Source: an uncultured virus (IMG/VR IMGVR_UViG_3300044732_003010)
Taxonomy: Duplodnaviria; Heunggongvirae; Uroviricota; Caudoviricetes
Direction: 5' to 3' (one strand)
DNA length: 64,000 nt
IMG/VR virus record: IMGVR_UViG_3300044732_003010
Span: 1-64,000 of that record
Position numbers and translations under genes: made by a program
In this document: one piece after another, positions 57,290 to 64,000 of the stretch
Layout: every line of letters starts with the position of its first letter
Position numbering within the stretch: the stretch's first letter is position 1
Notes under the pieces: generated by a model
Databases searched by the model: none
Seen by the model: the letters and a program-made list of their open reading frames with translations, nothing else
Told to the model about the DNA's origin: nothing

Positions 57290-57756
57290 TTGGTTTGTAA
57301 ATAGATTGTAGATAAGGTGATCAACAATAAAAAGCATTGATATATATAGGTTCTAGACTTTGTTAGTATTGTTACTCTATTTCCCCGTGTCAGGATTTTT
57401 TATCCTTTTCTTATTGTCCAGTTCGTTTATCTCTCCCTATTTTTTCTCTCTCTGTATAGAGTGTCGACAAGATAAACAAACCTCGAAATCTATACTCTGC
57501 AAGGATTTCGATTGTAGATAACCTTATCTACAATCTATCTACAGACTAACAGACTTATTGCTGACTTTGGTTTTTTCTTTCTATTGCTAAACTTAGTTAT
57601 CTCTCGCAGTCTTTTTATTGTCCAGCCTGGTATATTTTCTTATCTTTTCTTTTTCCCTATAAACCATTGACAACGTTAACAAAGCCTAAAACCTTTACTC
57701 TGCAAAGGTTTCGATTGTCGATCACTTTATTAACAATCTATCTACAATGATAACGA
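57290..57756. repeat. Second cluster of iterated palindromic modules, inverted relative to 42850-43530
   Basis: GATTGTAGATAA-CC-TTATCTACAATC at 57510-57535; CCCGTGTCAGGATTTT mirrors AAAATCCTGACACGGG at ~43420. Confidence 0.7.
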
Positions 57757-57768
57757 GTAAATATACTT

Positions 57769-57831
57769 AGTACATCTGCTCAGAAAAGATTCTCCCATCT
57801 ACTTGACTTTGTTGGGAGAATGATCCACAAT
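57769..57831 (+). promoter_or_regulatory. Early promoter cassette type 1 (LexA-like box + TTCTCCCA-N15-TGGGAGAA operator)
   Basis: AGTAC-ATC-TGCTC; TTGACT-17-CACAAT. Confidence 0.7.
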
Positions 57832-57860
57832 AGAAAAGCAAGAATACACACAACGACGAC

Positions 57861-58427
57861 ATGAACACTTTACAAACTAAATTAGCTCGATTGGAATCTC
57901 AACTTAAAATTACAAAAGGCAATCGTGCCAAAGCTAAGATTGTTATAGAAATTCTAAAAGTAGAATCAGCTATTGAGCGGTTAAAGCCCAAAAAAGAAAT
58001 AAAAGTAAAAAATATAACTGTTAAAATCCCTGTTAGTGTTTCTACCCTTAAAAAACACTGCTGCAACGTGCCATCTCCTAAACTGACAGACAAAGAAATT
58101 ATTGACGGATGGAAGTATTCTTTGGCTGCCCAATCAATGCAAAGAGACCTTAGAACACAAAAAGATATTCAATGGGGAGATCGCCATCTCCTTCTACAGG
58201 TAGTTTATTGGGTTAATCAATACCAGCAAGAAATGGATAAAAGGGGATTAACAGAAAAATACTGTCTATGGATCGAGAAAAAACAAGCATTTAAAGACGA
58301 ATTTCATCGGAAACCAGAAAAGGCAATTAATGAATCTAAGCCTCAAATTAATATAACCGAAACTCAAGTAATTGACCCCAAAACCAAGCAATTAGAATTA
58401 AATCTCTTTTGTGAGATGCCTGCGTAA
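57861..58427 (+). CDS. Early hypothetical protein
   Basis: N-terminal ~40 aa shared with 55087..55548; different C-terminus. Confidence 0.7.
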   Translation: MNTLQTKLARLESQLKITKGNRAKAKIVIEILKVESAIERLKPKKEIKVKNITVKIPVSVSTLKKHCCNVPSPKLTDKEIIDGWKYSLAAQSMQRDLRTQKDIQWGDRHLLLQVVYWVNQYQQEMDKRGLTEKYCLWIEKKQAFKDEFHRKPEKAINESKPQINITETQVIDPKTKQLELNLFCEMPA

Positions 58428-58601
58428 ATAAGCCTCAAGAAGTAATTGATAACACAAAATTTACCAAACAGACCGTATCTATTCTAAACAGAGAAGGTGA
58501 ACCAAAAAAGTCCGAAAGCTTGTTTATATTGTCTAAAATTCAGTGACCTAAGCAAGTCAGTAAACTGCTTAATTTAAGTACCTCACTTAGGAAAATAAAT
58601 C

Positions 58602-58985
58602 ATGAACACAGAACAAACTATTAAAAAGTTTAAAGCCAGCAAACTTCGTATTTACGAAGATGGTTACATCGGGCCTCACGGATGGTACTGGGGAAGTCAC
58701 ACAATTGCTAGTTTTATAGCAAAAGCTATTCAGACAAAACACGGTCATAATATGACTGACGTTCTAAATTATACCACTATCTATGTCTCAGAGCTAGTTA
58801 AGGTTCCTGCGGGGGGTTTAGCTTGCGGATGTCATGACACACTCTACAGCGTGACGGCTTTAGTTGATTTGCCCCTAGAGTTGCCGACGGAAAAAGAGAT
58901 ATACGCCGCTTACAAACACAATAACGCCCATTTCAACGGCGTAGAGGCTATAAAAGGCGGTTATCACTTTTATAGCATTTGGTAA
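58602..58985 (+). CDS. Hypothetical protein
   Basis: 127 aa, AGGA RBS. Confidence 0.6.
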   Translation: MNTEQTIKKFKASKLRIYEDGYIGPHGWYWGSHTIASFIAKAIQTKHGHNMTDVLNYTTIYVSELVKVPAGGLACGCHDTLYSVTALVDLPLELPTEKEIYAAYKHNNAHFNGVEAIKGGYHFYSIW

Positions 58986-59047
58986 TAAGCAACTAAGTCA
59001 AAACGGGGATAATTCCCCGTTTCGTATTAACACTAACAAAAACCACT

Positions 59048-59428
59048 ATGATCTTAATCTTATCTCTTGAATTGGAAGATTTTGAAGTTTTAAAATCTTC
59101 TATTCAGAAAATCGACAACATTGACACTAACTTAAGTCTTGTTAAGCTACAAGATTACTCTTTATCGGGCATAGCCTTGACAAGAGTAGCTTTAATCTGT
59201 GATAAGCCTCCTCAGATAATCGCAAAAAAAGGAATCAACTTTTCTACAGAAGCAGTTATCCCTGAAACCAAATACTGCGTTGCTTGCTTAGTTTTAGGTA
59301 AGTTTACGCCACTCAATACCCGTAACAATTCTGGATACTGCTTGGAACACCGAGAACTCGATCCTAAACGAAAACAGGATCAACACCAACGTTACAAACA
59401 AAGACGTAGTACAAACGTTCAGAAATAA
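59048..59428 (+). CDS. Hypothetical protein with a C-terminal Zn motif
   Basis: CVAC...N.SGYCLEH. Confidence 0.6.
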   Translation: MILILSLELEDFEVLKSSIQKIDNIDTNLSLVKLQDYSLSGIALTRVALICDKPPQIIAKKGINFSTEAVIPETKYCVACLVLGKFTPLNTRNNSGYCLEHRELDPKRKQDQHQRYKQRRSTNVQK

Positions 59429-59470
59429 TTCTCCCATCTACTTGATTTTATTGGGAGAATTTTGTAAGAT
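59408..59470 (+). promoter_or_regulatory. Early promoter cassette type 1
   Basis: AGTAC-AAA-CGTTC; TTCTCCCA-N15-TGGGAGAA; TTGATT-17-TAAGAT. Confidence 0.7.
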
Positions 59471-59504
59471 AAGACTAGGCAAACAAACACAAGAGGACAA
59501 AGTT

Positions 59505-60887
59505 ATGACTTCCATTAATGATGATTGGTTACTTTACGAGTATGAAACATTGGTACTTATCAAGCATATCGAAAAAAATCTCAATCAAATTAACCAAAGA
59601 TACTTTGAGGGAAACCACGGAATACTAAGCGTCACCGATAACGGCAATTATGTTACAGTCAAAAGACAGGGTTTATCTGTTGCTGACTATGACACTCAAA
59701 AGCTTTTTGACGCACTAGAAAATTTTAGTCAAGAAGAGTACGAGCTTTCCTGTTACGATCTTTGGGATTATTTCGATCATTGTAAATACACCCCACAAGA
59801 GGACAAAAAAATGACTTCAAATATCGAACTTTACGAAAAAGCCACAATTATCAGGTTTTTCCAAAGCACCCTCAATCAAATTAACCAAGAGTGTTTCGGA
59901 GAAAAATTGTCAGTCACTGATAACGGTGATTATGTTACGGTCAAAACGCAAGGGTTATTTGTTGCAAATTATGACATCCAAAAGCTTTGGAACGCACTAG
60001 AAAACTATGATCAAGAGGACTGTGTTAAATTTGATAATTTGTGGGATTATCTTGATAATTGTAAATACATCCTTCCAGAAAATCAGGAAACTGAAAATGA
60101 GTTAAAGACTGATGACGAGTTATCTTTTTCTGAAAAAACACAGGTTGCCCTCGTTGATTTGTTGTTAAGTGAACCTGACTTAGAATACCAAGAGTTCAAT
60201 AAAGCATGGATTGAAAAGGAAACCTTAAAATGGGAAAATATTGAATTGACTCAATCTATTCAAGAGATGCACAATCTCAGACGGCGTGAACTTAAAGAAG
60301 GATCTGAGATTATTAACCACTTGACGGCCCGTATTCATGAATTAAAACAGGACAAAGAGTCTAGTGGAGCATGGATTGAAAACTTAAAGCAACGAATACA
60401 TGATCTTGAATGTACAGTTTCTCTACTGCAAAAAGAAACAAATCAAATAACAGTTCTAAACGAATCTGTTACTCAATTACAAATTCGTATTTATCAACTG
60501 GAACAGGAAAACAAGCAACTAAAAACCAATCAACTAGAAACCAAACTAGAACCTAAACTGACGGATAACAAGGCTAAAAAACCTAAATTTAAATTACCAG
60601 AAAACTTTGCTGACTACCAACAAGAGTGCGACGACTTAATTGACGCATTGTCTTGCTTTTACAATATCAAAAAAGGTAAATGGGGAAAAGACATTCTCCA
60701 GTTTATTCTTACTCCCAACGATACCGAAAAAGCAAAGCATCCATATCCTGACAAGTGGAAAGCAGGGCTATATTTACATGGACAGTGGACAGTCGATAAA
60801 GTCAATCTATCCGACCCTGATGAATGGAAAGACTGGTTTATGGATGTCAACGACTTTGCTGACGCTAACGACATAGAGATTAGTTAG
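59505..60887 (+). CDS. Protein with a duplicated ~100-aa N-terminal domain and long coiled coil
   Basis: Two LNQINQ..F...LSVTDNG.YVTVK.QGL.VA.YD.QKL..ALEN repeats; ATG at 59505. Confidence 0.75.
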   Translation: MTSINDDWLLYEYETLVLIKHIEKNLNQINQRYFEGNHGILSVTDNGNYVTVKRQGLSVADYDTQKLFDALENFSQEEYELSCYDLWDYFDHCKYTPQEDKKMTSNIELYEKATIIRFFQSTLNQINQECFGEKLSVTDNGDYVTVKTQGLFVANYDIQKLWNALENYDQEDCVKFDNLWDYLDNCKYILPENQETENELKTDDELSFSEKTQVALVDLLLSEPDLEYQEFNKAWIEKETLKWENIELTQSIQEMHNLRRRELKEGSEIINHLTARIHELKQDKESSGAWIENLKQRIHDLECTVSLLQKETNQITVLNESVTQLQIRIYQLEQENKQLKTNQLETKLEPKLTDNKAKKPKFKLPENFADYQQECDDLIDALSCFYNIKKGKWGKDILQFILTPNDTEKAKHPYPDKWKAGLYLHGQWTVDKVNLSDPDEWKDWFMDVNDFADANDIEIS

Positions 60888-60909
60888 TTTCTAGTTATCA
60901 GTTATCAGT

Positions 60910-60972
60910 AGTACACTTGTTCAGAAAAGATTCTCCCAGATAGTTGACATTACTGGGAGAACGATCCATAAT
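60910..60972 (+). promoter_or_regulatory. Early promoter cassette type 1
   Basis: AGTAC-ACT-TGTTC; TTCTCCCA-N15-TGGGAGAA; TTGACA-17-CATAAT. Confidence 0.75.
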
Positions 60973-61004
60973 AGAAAGTAACCAAAACACAGAAAAACAA
61001 GATT

Positions 61005-61148
61005 ATGGATAACGCTAAACAACCAATCGAAACAACACAAATTTCTGAAATTAAAAAAGCTCGAATTTTCTGCAAAGAGATTGAGCAAATAACTCAATCT
61101 CTAAATCAGGAAGCACAAACAGTGCTAGGCAAATATCCGACGCTGTAA
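61005..61148 (+). CDS. Small 47-aa early protein (not in the ORF track)
   Basis: MDNAKQPIETT...GKYPTL directly downstream of the promoter cassette. Confidence 0.5.
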   Translation: MDNAKQPIETTQISEIKKARIFCKEIEQITQSLNQEAQTVLGKYPTL

Positions 61149-61292
61149 TCAGTTATTAGTTATCAGTTGTCATCCGTCAAAAAGTGTGTGATTGCTTTAT
61201 TAGCTTGATTTTCCGAGATTTTTGGCAGTCCTGCGATCAGTGTAACTATAGGTAAATCTACAAACTACAAAAAGATAATAAAAAAGTTTGAC

Positions 61293-61362
61293 AAAACACT
61301 TGACATACAAACATATACCTGTCATTATAGGTATATACCAAAAAACCAAAGGAGTTCACGAT
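61293..61362 (+). repeat. 70-bp promoter+RBS cassette type 2, copy 1
   Basis: Identical to 62367-62436; TTGACA, ATATACCT...AGGTATAT inverted repeat, AAGGAG. Confidence 0.9.
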
Positions 61363-61363
61363 T

Positions 61364-61828
61364 ATGACTACTGCTACCATCGACAAAATTGATTCTCAAG
61401 TCGCTGACATTCAAAATGAGATTGATTATCTCAAATCTCAAATTGAGATTTTCCAAGCCAAGCTATCTGATTTAGAAAATTTAAAAGCGCAAAAAGAAGC
61501 GCAAAAAGAAAGAGTTCAAAAGTTTGAAGACAAAACCTCAAAAGTATTGACAGAAGCAGAGTCCCTAAATGTAGAGATTCCTTCAAAAGAAGAATTTGAA
61601 AAAGTCTATGATATTCCTTATTATCAGGGCGGACTGACCGATCAAGAACGAAAAATCCTTTGGAAGCTTCCCTATCATTTGGAAGAGGTCATTGCTGAGG
61701 ATCAATGTGTAACAAAATCTCGGTTATCTGGGATTAAAAGCAGTCTTTACAAAAAATTTGAATTGCAAGGTACACCTTGTCAAAAAACCATCGCACTTAA
61801 AGCTATGTCTGTTATGTATCTTAGCTAG
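61364..61828 (+). CDS. Coiled-coil + LuxR-like HTH protein
   Basis: LTDQERKIL...EVIAE..CVTKS...IKSSLYKKF. Confidence 0.6.
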   Translation: MTTATIDKIDSQVADIQNEIDYLKSQIEIFQAKLSDLENLKAQKEAQKERVQKFEDKTSKVLTEAESLNVEIPSKEEFEKVYDIPYYQGGLTDQERKILWKLPYHLEEVIAEDQCVTKSRLSGIKSSLYKKFELQGTPCQKTIALKAMSVMYLS

Positions 61829-61929
61829 TCTAATCGGGGTTTAAAAATATTTCTTAAACCCCTTGACAACATACAAACATATCCCCTACAATGGGGATAT
61901 AGAAAAACAAACACAAAAGAGTTAAACAG

Positions 61930-62193
61930 ATGAACGGGTTAAACACATTAAAGGAATTTGCTCAAAAATTCAAAAATGTCACTATTGGTTCTCACGAACA
62001 CGGGCAACTATTTGTTAAAACAGAAAGAAGTCTTACAAGGCTAAAATCTACCGAATTAGTAGCACTTGCAAGCAAAATAGGACTAATTACTTCAACCATT
62101 AACGGGAAAACGTTAGGTTACACCAAAGATCAATGGATTGATCTACTGTTACAGTATTCTCATCTATCATTAAATGACAATGCAATGTCCTAA
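61930..62193 (+). CDS. Hypothetical protein
   Basis: Downstream of a variant type 2 promoter at ~61863-61901. Confidence 0.55.
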   Translation: MNGLNTLKEFAQKFKNVTIGSHEHGQLFVKTERSLTRLKSTELVALASKIGLITSTINGKTLGYTKDQWIDLLLQYSHLSLNDNAMS

Positions 62194-62377
62194 ATGTCAA
62201 TCACAGAAAATCTCTAAAAAAGGGTTCTCTGTGTCAGGAAAACAGAGATACCGATGCAAGGATTGCAATCATCATTTTACTGGTAATCCGGCAGGAAAAC
62301 CCCCCCACACTGATTCAATGACTAACGCCGAAAGATGTCGTCGTTATCGGTTGAAAAAAAAACAAAAAAACACTTGA
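62174..62377 (+). CDS. Stand-alone InsA-like zinc-ribbon protein
   Basis: CPKCQS..I.K.G...SGKQRYRCKDC...F; MTNAERCRRYR; no transposase catalytic domain. Confidence 0.65.
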   Translation: MTMQCPKCQSQKISKKGFSVSGKQRYRCKDCNHHFTGNPAGKPPHTDSMTNAERCRRYRLKKKQKNT

Positions 62378-62436
62378 CATACAAACATATACCTGTCATT
62401 ATAGGTATATACCAAAAAACCAAAGGAGTTCACGAT
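62367..62436 (+). repeat. 70-bp promoter+RBS cassette type 2, copy 2
   Basis: Identical to 61293-61362. Confidence 0.9.
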
Positions 62437-63070
62437 GACCGAAAAACTACCCAATCAAGTCGCATTAGAAATGGTGAACTTACCAGCAGGTGAGTTTCTC
62501 ATAGGCTCTCCTGATAGTGATCCCGATGTTCAAAATCATCAAAAGCCTTCACACCAAGTTAAAGTCAACAGTTTTGCGATTGGCAAATATCCGGTGACTC
62601 AGGAACAATATCAAGCAGTAATGGGAACCAATCCCTCTCACTTTAAAAATAATCCCCAAAATCCGGTAGAACAGGTTAGTTGGGACGATGCTAGAGCTTT
62701 TTGTCAGAAATTGAGTCGAATAACCGGTAAAACCTATCGCCTACCCACAGAAGCGGAATGGGAATATGCTTGTCGAGCAGGTACAACTACTACATATTAT
62801 TTTGGTGATGATGCTAATCAGTTAAGAGATTATGCTTGGTATAGCGAAAATTCTAATGACACAACTCATCCCGTAGGACAGAAAAAGCCCAATGGTTGGG
62901 GACTGTATGACATGAGTGGTAATGTTTGGGAGTGGTGCGAAGATAGTTGTCTGCGCGGCGGTTCTTGGTTCATCAATCCGAGGTACTGTCGCAGTGCGGT
63001 TCGTTTCTGGCTCTTCCCCGGCTTCCGCTTCAACTTCAGCCTCGGTTTTCGAGTTGTCTGCGACAATTAG
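62435..63070 (+). CDS. FGE-sulfatase (C-type lectin fold) domain protein with a DGR-type variable C-terminus
   Basis: PAGEF.IGS, YPVTQ, RLPTEAEWEYACRAG, DMSGNVWEW, LRGGSW...GFRV. Confidence 0.9.
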   Translation: MTEKLPNQVALEMVNLPAGEFLIGSPDSDPDVQNHQKPSHQVKVNSFAIGKYPVTQEQYQAVMGTNPSHFKNNPQNPVEQVSWDDARAFCQKLSRITGKTYRLPTEAEWEYACRAGTTTTYYFGDDANQLRDYAWYSENSNDTTHPVGQKKPNGWGLYDMSGNVWEWCEDSCLRGGSWFINPRYCRSAVRFWLFPGFRFNFSLGFRVVCDN

Positions 63071-63117
63071 TCAGTTATCAGTTATCAGTTGTCAGCAACG
63101 AATCAACGGGAGTAATT

Positions 63118-63486
63118 ATGCTATCATTTCAAGAGTTTCAAGAACAAGTTTTGAACGTTCTTAGTCCAAGTGAAAGAGAATGTAAGTTTTGGAAAAGTTG
63201 CTCAAGTTTCTCGGCAGATATTAATTATCATGGCGTAGAATATGTATCTTTTCAGGTAAGATACATAATAGACGAGAAAAACTGCAATTGCGGGCAGTGG
63301 TTTATTCAAAAAACTTACACGCAAGAATGTAACACTTTTTCGGATTCTTTAACTCAAGGCATAGAAACTATTGGTAAACAAACCACAGAATGTATTAACG
63401 GTGAGTTACAAGTTTTTTTTAAAATTCAAAAAGGATGGAGAAACGTTAAATTTAAAGAATTGTTTGAGTCTTTAATGATAAATTAA
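63118..63486 (+). CDS. Hypothetical protein
   Basis: GGGAG RBS before ATG 63118. Confidence 0.55.
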   Translation: MLSFQEFQEQVLNVLSPSERECKFWKSCSSFSADINYHGVEYVSFQVRYIIDEKNCNCGQWFIQKTYTQECNTFSDSLTQGIETIGKQTTECINGELQVFFKIQKGWRNVKFKELFESLMIN

Positions 63487-63579
63487 TATCTCACCACGAG
63501 ACATAAGAGTTGACTATCCGTAATCGGTTAGTCTAAAGTTGCTATAATAGCTGTAAGTTATCCTTACAGCTATTTTTTA

Positions 63580-63978
63580 ATGATTAACTGGAATCTAGGA
63601 AGACAATTAGCCATTGAGTCTTTTAATGAAATGGTGGGCGAATTTGCCCAAGAGATTAACTTTCAGATAAAAGATACTAAATGGAACTGGCCACGGGAGA
63701 CTGTACGAAAAAATGGCGGTGTAGTTGGCTCACCCCGGGACATTGTAGATACAGGTGAGCTAAAAAATAGCCAATTTATTGAAGATGTATCAGATACCTA
63801 TAAAGTAATCGGGTACACGGCTGATCATGCCGCTCTTGTCCATGAAGGGTATCAAATAGAGCGTAACGATGGGACGGTGACAGATGTTCCCGCCCGCCCA
63901 TTTATCGACACGGCTATAGAAGACTATAATCCAATTGAGGCTTATAGTGAAATCTTAAAGGAAAAATTAAATGAGTGA
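63580..63978 (+). CDS. HK97 gp10-like neck/tail-completion protein
   Basis: PRDIVDTGELKNS...HA..VHEG...PARPFI. Confidence 0.75.
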   Translation: MINWNLGRQLAIESFNEMVGEFAQEINFQIKDTKWNWPRETVRKNGGVVGSPRDIVDTGELKNSQFIEDVSDTYKVIGYTADHAALVHEGYQIERNDGTVTDVPARPFIDTAIEDYNPIEAYSEILKEKLNE

Positions 63979-64000
63979 ATCAGAATTAAGAGATATTTTA

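Noticed and set aside
59001..59022. Second hammerhead (AAACGGGG...CCCCGTTT resembles stem III)
   Set aside because: No CTGANGA core or stem I follows; probably a simple terminator-like hairpin
62174..62377. IS1 element
   Set aside because: Only the zinc ribbon is present; no InsB/DDE domain or terminal inverted repeats were seen
62866..63164. Overlapping ORFs around the FGE gene 3' end (62866 minus, 62916 plus, N-terminal part of 62947)
   Set aside because: By-products of the A-poor variable region; the downstream gene has its own RBS at 63118

Overview
AT-rich, gene-dense segment of a cyanobacterial tailed phage or prophage. The host is probably Microcystis-like, judging from nblA, cyanobacterial LexA-type boxes, intergenic TTATCAG heptamer runs and a cyanobacterial FGE-sulfatase gene. 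No integrase, cas gene or reverse transcriptase was recognised in the window. Contents: a CI/Cro-like switch, primase-helicase and SF2 helicase, GTA-like baseplate genes (DUF2793, DUF2460, BR0599), GH19 endolysin, portal/head/capsid module, two DNA methyltransferases, auxiliary genes (nblA, thymidylate synthase, nrdAB, tRNA-CAT), a minus-strand tail-fibre-like block, an inverted and distant terminase pair, and an early region built from repeated promoter cassettes. The most notable signals are non-coding: a complete type II hammerhead ribozyme (46882-46946); a degenerate type I-D-like CRISPR repeat-spacer-repeat unit with no cas genes (54943-55034); a ~275-nt structured RNA whose three repeated loops are antisense to the start of a neighbouring gene (55678-55953); a 22-bp inverted repeat pair bracketing a 2.1-kb opposite-strand block; a DGR-type variable region with no template or RT in view; and a tandem array of paralogues with constant ends and variable cores. 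All family assignments come from motif recognition by eye, not database searches.
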